Assembly (NCBI GenBank): GCA_030390025.1
Contig: CM059433.1
Coordinates: 9,674,001 to 9,738,000, forward strand
DNA from: Squalus acanthias
Taxonomy: Eukaryota
Direction: 5' to 3'
Length of the DNA: 64,000 nucleotides
Under the pieces are notes generated by a model. It was not told the DNA's origin and searched no databases. It worked only from the letters and a program-made list of their open reading frames with translations. The position numbers were made by a program, and so were the translations under genes. Below, one piece after another: positions 22,446 to 34,654 of the stretch. Position 1 is the first letter of the stretch. Every line of letters starts with the position of its first letter.

Positions 22446-24497
22446 CATAGAAGATAGGAGCAGGAGTAGGCCATTCGGCCCCTCTAGCCTGCTCCGTCAT
22501 TCAATGCGATCATGGCTGATCATCCAAATTCAGTACCCTGTCCCTGCTTTCTCCCCACATCCCTTGATCCCTTTAGCCTTAAGAAATATATCCAACTCCT
22601 TCTTGAATCTATTTAATGAATTGACCTCTACTGCCTTCTGTGGTGGAGAATTCCACAGGTTCATCACTCTCTGGGTGAAGAAATTCCTCCTCATTTCTGT
22701 CCTAAATGGCTTACTCCTTATCCTTAGACTGTGACCCCTGGTTCTGGACTCCCCGACCATCGGGAACATCCTTCCTGCATCTAGTTTGTCCTGTCCTGTC
22801 AGAATTTTATAAGTTTCAATGAGATCCCCTCTCATTCTTCTAAACTCCAGCGAGTATAAGCCCAATCGACCCAATCTCTCTTCATACGTCATTCCTGCCA
22901 TCCCAGGTATCAGCCTTGTGAATCTTCGCTGAACTCCTTCCATGGCAAGAACATCCTTCCTCAGATAAGGCGACCAAAACTGCACACAGTACTCAAGGTG
23001 TGGTCTCACCAAGGCCCTGTACAACTGCAGCAAGACATCCTTGTTCCTGTACTCAAACCCTTTCGCTATGAAGGCCAACATACCATTTGCCTTCTTCACC
23101 GCCTGCTGCACCTGCATGCTTACCTTCAGCGACTGATGCACAAGGACACCCAGGTCTCGTTGCACTTCCCCTTCTCCCAATCTATTGCCATTCAGATAAT
23201 AATCTGCCTTTCTGTTTTTGACACCAAAGTGGATAACCTCGCATTTATCCACGTTATATTGCATCTGCCACGCTTCTGCCCAATCACCCAACCTGTCCAA
23301 ATCATCCTGGAGTTTCTCGGCATCCTCTCGCAGCACACACGCCCACCCAGTTTTGTGTCATCTGCAAACTTGGAGATATTACATCTACTTCCCTTGTCTA
23401 GATCATTAATATATATTGTGAATAGCTGGGGTCCAAGGACCGATCCCTGCGGTACCCCACTAGTCACTGCCTGCCACTCGGAAAAAGACCCATTTATTCC
23501 AACTCTTTGCTTTCTGTCTGTCAACCAGATTGGGCTAACCAAATTAGTAACAATACTATGGAGGAGGAATTCCTGGAGTGTTTACGGGATGGTTTCCTGG
23601 ACCAATATGTCGAGGAACCAACCAGAGATCAGGCCATCTTAGACTGGGTATTATGCAATGAGAAAGGATTAATTAGCAATCTTGTAGATTAAAGTCACCC
23701 ATGATGACTGCTGTGCCCTTATTGTACGCTTCTCTAATTTCCCTTTTAATGCCATCCCCAACCTCCGCATTACTGTTTGGAGGTCTATATATCACTCCCA
23801 CTAACGTTTTCTGCCCCTTGTTATTTCTCAGTTGAACCCATACAGATTCCACATCATCAGAGCTAATATCCTTCCTTTCAATTGTGTTAATCCCCTCTTT
23901 AACCAGCAATGCTACCCCACCTCCCTTTCCTTTTTGCCTATCTTTCCTGAATATTGAGTACCCCTGGATGTTGAGTTCCCAGCCTTGGCCACCCTGGAGC
24001 CATGTTTCGGTAATCCCAATCAAATCATATTCGTTTACCTCTATTTGCGCAGCTAATTCATCCACCTTGTTCCGAATGCTCCTTGCATTAAGACACAAAG
24101 CCTTCAGGCTTGTTTTTTTAATGCTCTTAGACCTATTAGAATTAGTATTTACTGTAGCCATGTTTGATTTAAACCGTTGTTTTCTCTGACTGCCACTTTT
24201 GTTTTTCTCCTTCCTATCTTTTGCTTTTATCCTTGTTTCCCTTTCCTCTGTCTCCCTGCTCAGGTTCCCAACCCCCTGCCATTTTAGTTTAAACCCTCCC
24301 CCAGCGCACTAGCAAACACTCCCCCTAGGACATCGGTCCCGGCCCTGCCCAGGTGTAGACCGTCCGGTTTGTACTGGTCCCACCTCCCCCAGAACCGGTT
24401 CCAATGCCCCAGGAATTTGAATCCCTCCCCCTTGCACCATTCCTCTAGCCACGTATTCATTTGAAATATCCTTCTATTTCTACTCTGACTAGCACGA
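22446..24497 (-). mobile_element. CR1 LINE, rearranged (ORF1 end, APE endonuclease, inverted piece 23529-23685, RT C-half, 3'UTR)
   Basis: EN motifs [50 protein letters not shown]. Confidence 0.95.
24284..24497 (-). pseudogene. CR1 ORF1 C-terminus (SGNH esterase domain remnant)
   Basis: Translates RASQSRNRRIFQMNTWLEEWCKGEGFKFLGHWNRFWGRWDQYKPDGLHLGRAGTDVLG..LN* (DGLH block). Confidence 0.85.
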
Positions 24498-24626
24498 ACT
24501 CGTGCTACAATTGTATCTGGGCTCTGTTATACGAAGCTAACACAGTCCTCCCCTGTGCTCCAGGACTGGGGGGTGCAGCGGATGAAAGGAGAGCGCCATG
24601 CACTCTAGCTGCTGTGTCCTCCTTAC

Positions 24627-24753
24627 CATTGTTGGCCGTGAATCCCAGAGTTCCTCAAACTTGACAAGGATCAGAGGATCTTCCTTGTCTTCCGAGATTC
24701 GGGTGCGGTTACTGGTGTTCCCAACCCAAGATTGAAGTTGTGAACCAAATCAG
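24627..24753 (-). other. Candidate spliced exon ending in ATG at the donor
   Basis: Acceptor CCTTGTTTTACTACAG; exon ends GCCAACAATG|GTAAGG. Confidence 0.3.
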
Positions 24754-25369
24754 CTGTAGTAAAACAAGGATAAATTCTGGTTAAGATATATTTGACTGTG
24801 TGACTATTAAACATGTCGACGTCAAAGAAAATTATATTAAACAGATGATAATCAACTGAATCTGGCCCAAAAACTTTAAGGATTTCCATTAACTTTATTC
24901 AGAGTATAAAATAATTAATATTCAGTACACATTATATATACTTTATAATTATTTCCTGCTATTTCATTGTTCACTTGCCTGTCTCGAATATATTGCTATT
25001 AATTTTTGCTGGTAGATGGAAAGAAAATGTAGAGCCTTTGCTTGTGATTGATATTTTATTGATGACACTGATCAGCATATTTCGGATGGGAGTTTTCTTA
25101 ACCCAGGATTTGTTGAGGCTGGTTTGTGATGCTCCTTTGTCATTGTGACATCATTAATTGTGGTGGAACCAGGAGTCACAGAGCAAGGACAATGAGATTT
25201 CTGTCCCATTGTCCCATGGAGCAATCACAGTGCCCAAACCAACGAGCAGCAGTCACCATAGAAATGGTTCTACTCTTTTGACTGACCAGCCACCAGGGCA
25301 CATAAGTACAAACTAGGAAAAGGCAAATTCAAGACCTCTTCAGAAGCAATTATTCACACAAAGAGTAGA

Positions 25370-25610
25370 AAGAGGACTTGAGTATAAGAGTAATGATGTC
25401 TTACTGCAATTATATAGGGCCCTGGTGAGACCACACCTGGAGTACTGTGCACAGTTTTGGTCTCCTTACCTAAGAAAGGATATACTTGCCACAGAGGGAG
25501 TGCAGCGAAGGTTCACCAGACTGATTCCTGGGCTGGGGGGGTGGTGGTGGTGGTGGGGGGGGGGGGATTGTCCTATGAGGAGAGATTAAGTAGACTAGGC
25601 CTATATTCTC
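25370..25610 (+). mobile_element. CR1 ORF2 fragment
   Basis: LEYKSNDVLLQLYRALVRPHLEYCAQFWSP; contains a G/GGT-run expansion at 25535-25567. Confidence 0.9.
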
Positions 25611-26978
25611 AAGTGCATATCCAAGTACTTTTTAAATGTGATGAGGGTCTCTGCCTCTACCACCCTTTCAGGCAGTGATTTCCAGACCCCCACCACCCTC
25701 TGGGTGAAAACATTTCTCCTCAAATCCCCTCTAAACTTCTGACCAATTACTTTAAATCTATGGCCCCTGGTTATTGACCCTTCTGCTAAGGGAAATAAGT
25801 CCTTCCTATCCACTCTATCTAGGCCCCTCATGATTTTATACACCTCAATTGAGTCTCCACTCAGCCTCCTCTGTTCCAAAGAAAACAATCCCAGTCTATC
25901 CAATCTTTCCTCGTAGCTAAAATTCCCCAGCCCAGGCAACATCCTCGTAAATCTCCTCTGTGTTCTCTCTAGTGCAATCACATCCTTCCTGTAATGTGGT
26001 GACCAGAACTGCACGCAGTACTCTAGCTGCGGCCTAACTAGTGTTTTATACAGTTCAAGCATAACCTCCCTGCTCTTGTAAAAACCTTTGGTGTTGTCCT
26101 TGATATCCCTCGCAAGCTTTTTCTTGTATTCCCTTTTTGTAGCTCTTACCACTTTCTTTATATCTCTCCCAGTCCTCGAGATCTCTACTTTTCTTTGCCT
26201 TTGTTTAAGCCCTTTCATTTCGTTGTATATATTATCTCTCACTTCCCTTGTTGGCCAAGGTTGTTTACTTAACAAGTAGAGCTCTTTCCCTTTAGGGGTG
26301 TGCACAGATCTTGTATGCTACCAAATACTTCTTTGAACACCTCCCACTGTTCATCTAGTTTTAGCTGTTATTAGTTCTGCCCAACTGACCTATTGTGGTC
26401 AATTCCTGCCTCATCCCTCCAAAGTCAACCTTACCTAAACTTAAAACCTTGGTTTGTGATTCGCCCTTCTCCCTCTCAAACTTAATATTGAACTTTATCA
26501 TATTATGATCATTGTTAGCTACGTGTTCCCTTGCCATTAGATTACTGACTGCTTCAGGCTCATTACCCATTACCAAATCTAAGATGGTCTGTTCCCTCGT
26601 TGGTTCAAGAACATATTGTTCCAGAAAACTATCCCGAATACACTCGAGAAATTCACCGCCTTTGGGACTCGAGTTGTTCTGCTTCCTCCACTCTATGTGA
26701 AAATTAAAGTCTCCCATTATAACTACTCTATTTTTGCAACAAGCTTTTCTGATCTCCGTATTTATTCATCCCGCTACTCCATCACTGCTATCAGGAGGTC
26801 TGCAGAAAACTCCCACTAAAGGCTTGCATCCTTTTCTATTCCTCAATTCTACCCAGTGCATTTCTTCTGGCTGCTCACCCTTACTGTTAACCCCTCTTTC
26901 TAATGCCATAATGGTGTCCTTTATCAAGATTGCTACTCCTCCTCCTTTTCCAGTTTCCCTGTTCTTTCGAAAGACAAT
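25610..26978 (-). mobile_element. CR1 fragment (EN/linker fused to ORF2 C-terminus by internal deletion)
   Basis: MGDFNFHIEW..FLEQYVLEPTREQTILDLV; junction near 26080 (NTKGF|YKSREVMLELY) skips the whole RT core. Confidence 0.9.
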
Positions 26979-27000
26979 AAGGCCCGAAAACGGGTGCAGG

Positions 27001-27599
27001 CGTATGAACGGACACCGCGCAACAATCGCCAGGCAGGATTGTTGCCTCCCAGTCGGGGAACACTTCAGCAGTCAAGGGCATTCAGCCTCGGATCTGCGGG
27101 TTAGCGTTCTCCAAGGCGGCCTTCGAGACACACGACAACGCAAAATCATCGAGCAGAAACTGATAGCCAAGTTCCGCACTCATGAGGACGGCCTCAATAG
27201 GGATATCGGGTTCATGTCATGCTACAGAACGTGACTTGACATCGTTGTCTGTCTTTCCAGTTTTTAAAAAACAAACACAAAAAAAACAAACACAAAAAAC
27301 AAACCCAAAAAAATACTGCAGACAGCAGATTTTGACACGTTGGACCCCCTGGGACACATCTCATTGTCTTGGCTGTGCTCTTGGTGTGTCTTTGATGTAA
27401 GGAAAGATTGTATCTCTGCAGTTTCTGTGTTTATATTCTGTGAACTTTTGTAGATTCACTCATTGTAACTTTACCTGAAGAAGGGGCGATAGCTCCGAAA
27501 GCTTGTAATTTTAAATAAATCTGTTGGACTATAACCTGGCGTTGTGCGACTTCTCATTTTTGTCCACCCCAGTCCAACGCCGGCATCTCCGCATTATGT
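27001..27599 (+). mobile_element. Penelope-like family A 3' fragment with pLTR and tail
   Basis: RMNGHRATIARQDCCLPVGEHFS...THEDGLNRD; nearly identical to 44672-45263; ends CTCCGCATTATG. Confidence 0.92.
27471..27508 (+). ncRNA. Minimal hammerhead ribozyme (PLE family A)
   Basis: TTAC-CTGAAGA-A-GGGGC gata GCTCC-GAAA-GCTT-GTAA. Confidence 0.8.
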
Positions 27600-27608
27600 G
27601 TTAGAGTA

Positions 27609-27891
27609 CAGGGATCCCTCCCCAACCGCGCGCGAGTTTGCCATACGCGGATTTCACGTATCCACGGTTTCCACTCTGCGGCAATTTTTGTCAACCACGG
27701 CCGTGAAATTCACGTATCTGCGGTTTTTCATTTAGCAATAAGGTAAAAAACATGATTTTTATGCTACTTATATGATTTTTATGCTATTTATACGCTTTTT
27801 ACATGTGTTTATAGTGAATTTGCCAACCGCGGTTTTACTAACCACGGGGGTTTTCAGGGACGTAACCCCCACGGTTGGGGAGGGATTCCTG
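27609..27891. mobile_element. Tc1/mariner (pogo/Tigger-like) MITE
   Basis: TA|CAGGGATCCCTCCCCAACCG...CGGTTGGGGAGGGATTCCTG|TA with subterminal CCRCGG repeats. Confidence 0.88.
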
Positions 27892-28594
27892 TATCTCTAA
27901 CTCGTTCTCCAACTCAACCACAAACAACAACAAAATTTGCATTTATATAGCGCCTTTAACGTAGTAAAACCTCCCAAAACACTTCACAGGAGCCTAATCA
28001 GACAAAATTCTGAATCTTTATTTATTTAACTATCTATTTATAGCTCATGGTTAAAAATAGTGTGTGTGTATAGTCAAACAAACGCTTCGCTTAATATCCT
28101 TGGGTTCCGCCCCGCCTCCCTCTGTGCCGACGATGACGTCATTTTTTGAGATTTTTTTCCCCCTGGGCTCCTTTGCAATCTCTCCGATTTCCCGCTCTGT
28201 TTAACTGCCTCTCCAGGCCGTTTTTATCTCTAAATACACATTGGGGGAAAAAAAATCATGCTGGGAAAATGTGTTGCTTGCATGATGTCATTGCGTTGTG
28301 CACGACGTCATCAAAGCACGAATGAGGCCCAGCTTGTTTTGGCTCCTTTACTAAACCCACTTCGTAAAAGAAATGGGCAACAAAACACAAATGCGCAATT
28401 AACTGCTCTGCATTGAAGAGGTGGTTGTTTTCGTTAACTTATCTGGTAGGGAGGATAGGTTTTGTACTGTAAATCTTTATTTTGGTATTAAACAGCAATT
28501 GTTATTCAGTTTATGCCATTAGCATTCCCTGTCTCAGTTGTTAGATGACCACCGTGCCAGATTGACAGGTTGGAGCTGCGGCAAATTGACAAAG

Positions 28595-28772
28595 ACAGGA
28601 TTTTTGCTAGGCGTAAGATTTCTAAGGGATTTCAGCGGGCGGAGGTTCTGACAGATCGGAAATGCCGGCTTTCAGCGTATGCGCTTCGCATGCCTGAAAC
28701 CGGCATTTCCGATGTCCCTACGGGTGTGTACACAGCCCGTACACACCCGTATGGCATCGGAAAATACGGGCC
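28595..28772. mobile_element. Terminal fragment of the MITE family of 29207 (inverted)
   Basis: Reverse complement aligns to 29207-29410. Confidence 0.7.
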
Positions 28773-29206
28773 ATAGTTTCAATGCATCACATAGAGATCA
28801 GAACCATAAGAGAGTCCAGCAAAGGGATTTCTATCTCCAATTGCCAAGTGAGGTGCTGGGTGGAAAACCTGCAACTTACCTCATGAAGCTTGAAGGTGTT
28901 AGAATCTACTTCTGCTAATTACCAATGATTGTTATGAAAAGAATGTGAAAATGGGACACGTAACTTCTCTGTGACCAGCCATTTGAAAACCTATTTAAAT
29001 GTTGAAAGAAAATGAGGGATGAATGCGAGCTTTCTTACTGAAGCCTTCAGTCACGCTGACATAACACACAAGAACTAATTGAGGTTATAGCTTCACCTTG
29101 TGGCCAAGGTCTAAACAGCACTAGCAGCAACCTTTAAAGTTCACTGTTGCAACTTAGAAAAGAATTCTAAAGGAGTTGTAGTACCAAATAGCTTAAATAT
29201 ATTAAT

Positions 29207-29892
29207 GGGCCGGATATTCCGATCCCTAGGGACATCGGAAATGCCGGTTTCAGGCAGGCGAAGCGCATGCGCTGGAAACCGGCATTTCCGATCTGTCAAG
29301 AAAGCACTTGACAGATCGCACGCCTGCCCTGGAGAAGGGCCTCTGCGGGCGGATAGTTCCGCTTTCTGGAGAACCTCCGCCCGCAGAAAACCCTTAGAAA
29401 TCTTACGCCTGGTAAAAGCAGCGTATGGCCTGCTTTTACCAGGATAAGAGTTGAAAAATACTTTAAAAAAGGTAAGTTTATTTTTAGCCCCGTAAAAAAC
29501 TTACATTATTTTTTTCAAAAATTTAAATTTTTGTTTAAAATAGTTAATTTATTGTAATTTCAAGTCATTTTAAAAATGTGATTTTTAAAAAAAAATTTAT
29601 TTAAAGTTTTACAGTGTTTTGGGGGTGATCTCCATTCATATATTTGACAGGTCTTCCTGTCAAATGTATGAAGGGAGATTCCCTTCTGTGATTGGCTCCC
29701 CATGGCCCACGTGATCCCAGGGACGCTGCGAACTACCTGCGCCTCTGGGATACGTGGGCCCTGCGCACTTGCAGTTTGGTGAGGCCCAGCATCGGAAGTG
29801 TGCACGTCCCGGGAGCCCTCAGGCAAGGGCGTAGATTTTTCCAGATCGCAGTCCTCCGCCCGCGGGAGGCCTGCGATCGGAATATCTGGGCC
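29207..29892. mobile_element. MITE with ~18-bp TIRs
   Basis: GGGCCGGATATTCCGATC...GATCGGAATATCTGGGCC, with an AT-rich centre. Confidence 0.8.
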
Positions 29893-30054
29893 ATTAATAT
29901 CCCCAAACAACATTATTATTGATCTACAGTGTACTCAGTTGGTGGCTTAAATGCTACTTTTTGAACATCACCGTGTAATTAATGAGTTGCGTGGTGAAGC
30001 TGCTCTTCACAAGTGGAGGTATACTGCTTAGACGTGCCGAAGTGAACTGTCCTG

Positions 30055-30650
30055 ATGACTGGGCAGGTTTGGGCAATTAGTAGCTGAGCCGTATAAAGCA
30101 GGAAAGTCCCAGATTTAGTCTTTGTGGTGCGTTAGCGGATCTCAGCCAGGCACGGCTAGGGGAGGGAGGGGGGGTGTTACATTTTGCTCCCGACACGGAG
30201 AGCACAATTGGCCCGGGGTCAACAGCTGATCATTGTGTAGTAACTGACGTAAGAAAACGACTAGGCACTTGGTCTAAGCGTTAAACAAAGCTTTAATCAA
30301 CTGTTTTACAACATGGAGATCTAGTTGTGTCCTTCACTAGTTCCTGTTGAGGAATGTCCTAAGCAAGCTGGGCCCATGCCCGAGTATTTATACTCTCCCT
30401 GGACAGCGCCACCAGCAGGCCGCCCAGTATTACTTCATACATGAATGACAAGATTAATGTCAGTAACCCCTGCTGGAAGTGTGTATGTTGGGAGAGGACA
30501 AGATTGGTTTTAACTTTGATTTCCACCCCCTCACCACCCCACCACCCGCCCCCCCCCCGCCAACCCCTGCACTTGCACAGCCTGAGTGACATTGGCTGTC
30601 AAAGCTGATACATAAACAATGGGCACTTGGGTGAGCCACCAGAAGAAGGA
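30055..30650 (+). mobile_element. Old SINE-like repeat (LF-SINE-like), split by a solo LTR
   Basis: AGCTGAGCC...CAGGAAAGTCCCAG...GATCTCAGCCAGG and AGTAACCCCTGCTGGAAG motifs; family assigned from memory of the consensus only. Confidence 0.4.
30245..30462 (-). mobile_element. Short solo LTR (218 bp)
   Basis: TGAC...GTCA ends, 5-bp TSD GTAAC, minus-strand TATAAATA (30385-30392) and ATTAAA (30292-30297). Confidence 0.7.
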
Positions 30651-30799
30651 GTCAATAATTTCAGGAAATGAGAGGAGGGGAGAAAATAGGTAAGAAAAAA
30701 TACCATCATTAAATTTTGTTTTAAAATAAATATATAATGGGGATTAGTATCGCCGTGGTGGACACTTTGATATTACCATAATGTGAAATAAGAACAGAA

Positions 30800-32692
30800 C
30801 TGCTCTGATGAAAGATCATTGACCTGAAACAGTAACTCTGGGCTGAATTTTGCCGGCGCTCAGAGGGCGGGTTTGGAGGAGGGTCTGCTGTCAAAATCGA
30901 AATGATTGACAGCGGGTTGGGAACCCGCTCCGAACCCGCCTCCATGTAAGTTTCTAAAGTGTCGGGTCTGCGATTTCAGAACAGACCCGACACCAAGCGG
31001 TGGGGGGAGGCATTTAAGATAGTTAAATGCTTGTTAAATGCTTGTTAACTACTATTTTGCCAGCCTTTTTCTATTTTACCACTTTTTTAACGGGCTTCAC
31101 GTCGTTCGGAGATCACGTCAGGTAAGTAGGTCGGGTTCTCTATGTCTCCCCATTGCTGTGAATAGGTGACAGCTGCAAAAGTGGTCTGAAAGCTACCATT
31201 TCACAGCTGGTCACTTTCCAATGTCAGAAGCTTGAGCCTTCAGGACTTGGAAGACACTTTTGAACTTTATGCAGTTTGGAAGTGTTTGGAGTAAACTCTC
31301 TATCCACTGTCACCTCCTTGGAGCAAGCTCTCTCACCATTGACAGATCACTTCTGTCATCTCAACTTCAGCTGCCATCTATTCCAGCAACATCGGTGCGC
31401 TTGAAAAAATCTCACCTTGGTCCTCAGAATCCCACCACAATCAGCCCGAACACCAACATCACCAGGCACACCAACAACAATACCAACCTTCTCCGCAATC
31501 ACCTGATGCTGCACAGGACACAGGGCAACAGCACCCGACCACATTGCTGCTTGGGAGGCCAGCAATGGCATCACCATGGCCAGATTTACTTCACTTTACG
31601 CTGTACATCCTGGCTGCCACATGATGCGCCAGGTTGACACCACTCCACACCAGCACTATATAGCATCCCTACAATGTCCAAGCCATTCCTTTCACACTCA
31701 TCACCATTGGGGGGAGGGGGTGGGGGGGGGGGGAGTTATGTCTCAACATTCACTGAAACTCACTAAGACACTTCCAAAGGTGAGCACAGATCTGTCCAAT
31801 AAGGCAAAGTGTTGAAAATATAGATTTCAATGTTTGACAACACATTAACAGAAACTTCACATGAACATTGGCTAAATTATGCTTGCAGTAGGTTGAGGGT
31901 GAGTGTGTGGGGTGGCTAGTGAGATGGGGAAGTGGTAATGTAGATAGAGAGGGCTGGGTGGAGGTGCAAGGTAAGTTGGTGTGAGTAAAGATGTGCAGGA
32001 GTAGGGTAGGGAAGGCAGAGTGATGGGGATGTGATGAGTGGCACAGCAGGATAAGGTTGAGTGTGGCTTTGCAGTAATGTTTTGTGATTTGCTCAGATCA
32101 TTGAAAAGTTAGTGCCACAGCAGCCTGGTCCTCCTGATGACATCCCTGCTTGTGCCCTCCTGTGTAATGTGCAACCAGGCTGCATTGGTCTCCTGGGGAG
32201 GTGTCTTCCGCCCATGGGAAGGGAAGAGAACCTCCCTGCGTGCTCTATAAGCATATGGAGGGAGTCATGGGAGAGCCTGGGTGCAGCCGTGCACCTCTGT
32301 GCAGTGATTGTCAGTGTTTGCAGCACCTCAATGCTGTAGAACACTGACAGCACAAATGTCAAACTCAATTTGCGCATGGTCCCTTTAAGGAAACCGGCTG
32401 ATGACGCGTCATCAGATGACGTCATCAGACCCGCTTCCTATGAATTGGCCGGGAACCTCGCAGGGCGGGGCTTAACAAGCCCTATTAATGAAAAATCGCT
32501 TGGAGAGTGTGGGCAGCAGTAGGCAGCGGGCTGGGACCACGACACTGACCCCGGCCGCCCTGGACCCACCTCGGCTGGTGAAATCGCAGCCTTTGTTTCT
32601 CTCTCCACAGATGCTGCCTGACCTGCTGAGTATTTCCAGCATTTTCTGTTTTTATTTCAGATTTCCAGCATCCGCAGTATTTTGTTTTTGTT
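30800..32692 (+). mobile_element. Penelope-like family B pLTR end, split by a Harbinger element (pieces 30800-30839 and 32592-32692)
   Basis: CTGATGAAAGATCATTGACCTGAAACAGTAACTCT continues as GTTTCTCTCTCCACAGATGCTGCC after 32591. Confidence 0.8.
30840..32591. mobile_element. Non-autonomous PIF/Harbinger transposon with Myb/SANT remnant
   Basis: TIR GGGCTGAATTT/GAAATCGCAGCC; minus 32093-32310 gives AAPRLSHDSL..ARREVLFPSHGRKTPPQETNAAWLHI..RRT....*LFNDL. Confidence 0.82.
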
Positions 32693-33471
32693 ACAATAAT
32701 GTGAGGTGGTTTTATCTTTTCTTCAGAAGCATTTGCCCATCATATTGAGAAGGCTTTAAACGGGATTTGGGGCAAAATGTCTGCACACCTATAGCCCAAA
32801 CTGTAAAGTATTCATAAGATTCATTATAGAGCTATTTAAAATTTTCCACTGGGAACCTATCAATGGATGAAAATGATACCAACACTTAGAGACCAGAAAT
32901 TTCAAGTTACTCTTCATTGGAGCTCATTTGCAACGGGTTGGACCTCTTGCCTACTATGGAGACGCCCCCTTGATCCCAGCCGGATTTCTGGCCCCGCTGT
33001 CATTTACATACTGGAGGCAGGGTCCCTGGCCTCTTGGGGGCAATCCACCCAAATGTAGGTGGGAAAGGCCTGCAGCTGCATAAAGATGCTGGCCTCCTCT
33101 GAGCTGACAGACTTTACAAAAACTGATGTCCCCCCTTTCCGACCTGTGTGAGGCTGCGCTGTGTGAGTGTTTACACAGGCCCTAACTGTGGCTGCACTCT
33201 GCCAACCTCAGAGTGCTGGACGCCTGGGCCTAACAACAATTGAGGGAAATACATTGGAGGACGTATTTTGCTAATTTGCGTAGATTTATCAAATGCTCAC
33301 CCAAATATAGCTGATCAGATTCTCTGCTGCCGTGCCTGGACATGGCAGGGAAGCAGGCAAGGCAGCGATGTGGCAGCGTCCCTCCACAAGCAAGTTTAAG
33401 CAGCCCCCCACCAGCTTATGAAATTTCTGATATGATGAGCAGGAGAACAGAGAAAGTAAGTTCTGAGTGTT

Positions 33472-33817
33472 TTTTTTTTATTCATTGGATATGGGCATCA
33501 CTGGCAAGGCATTTATTGCCGATCCCTAAGTGCCCTTGAGAAGGTGAGCCACCTTCTTGAACCTCAGAGGGCAGTTAAGAGTCAACCACATTGCTGTGGG
33601 TCTGGAGTCACATCAGATTTCCTTCTCTGAAGGACATTAGTGAACCAGATGGGTTTTTACAATAATCCAGTAGTTTCATGGTTACCATTGCGGATACTAG
33701 TTTTTAATTCCAGATTTATTTAATTGAAATTAAATTCCCCAGCTGCCCCGTGATGGGATTTGAACGCCTGTCTCCGAGATCATTAGTCCAGTGACATTAC
33801 CACTATGCTACCGTAGC
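33472..33817 (-). mobile_element. tRNA-derived SINE (family of 21705)
   Basis: Reverse head GGTAGCATAGTGG...GTTCAAATCC; colinear with 21705-22133. Confidence 0.8.
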
Positions 33818-34132
33818 TCCATGAAAACTCCACTGTAACCAAGTAACAACCTTTTTCCTTTGATATTCATTATAGTGTGTTGAGTGATGTGTTGAGTGGA
33901 TTTTCTAAGTTGCCATTTTAATGGAAGAATTTTTAATAGGCAGGCCCTTCCTTGAGCAGCTCAGAAAGTCTAAACTTTGGAAATCCTCAGTCTGTAGAAA
34001 TTCAATTCTTACTAACTTTGAAAGGAGATTTAGCGATATGGCCGGATAGTCTGGCTGGAAATTGGACACTGATCCTTGATCCTTGCCTTGCACTCATTTT
34101 CACAGATTTGCAACACTATCTCATTATATATA

Positions 34133-34250
34133 AATGAGAAGTCGCACAACACCAGGTTATAGTCCAACAGATTTATTTAATTTTACAAGTTGTTGTGCGA
34201 CTTCTCATTTTCGTCCACCCCAGTCCAACGCCGGCATCTCCACATCATGA
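34133..34250. mobile_element. Mini Penelope-like family A insertion made of two inverted pLTR ends
   Basis: 34133-34189 minus pLTR piece, 34190-34250 plus piece with tail; 12-bp TSD TCATTATATATA. Confidence 0.9.
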
Positions 34251-34654
34251 TCATTATATATAGGTGGCGTCCACCTTGCAATAGGACTTTTCTGCCGAAC
34301 AACATCAATGTGTGTACAAACGTTTCATCCATATCCTACCCACTTGTAAGGTATTCTCAGCATTACTGTGCCCTGCCACAATCCAGCTGGCGGTGCTGTG
34401 AGTTGGTGGGCAGGATGCTGACGCTGCATTCTGGCAACTGTATAAAAAAAGATTGTGAAAATACTTTTCCTCCTCTCTTACTCAGGTTACCACAGTAACT
34501 TCCAAGGGAATCGACAGAGGACTCCATTCATTCACAAGGTAACCAAAAATGATCTGCCTCGACGACACGAGTTGGAGGAGGTGAATTCTGACAAAGCTGC
34601 AACACCGCTGAGAAATGGGAAATAGAAGAAATTGTTGCATTCTTACCTCCAAAC

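Noticed and set aside
25601..26305. 234-aa ORF as a new LINE protein
   Set aside because: Deletion junction between CR1 linker and C-terminus.
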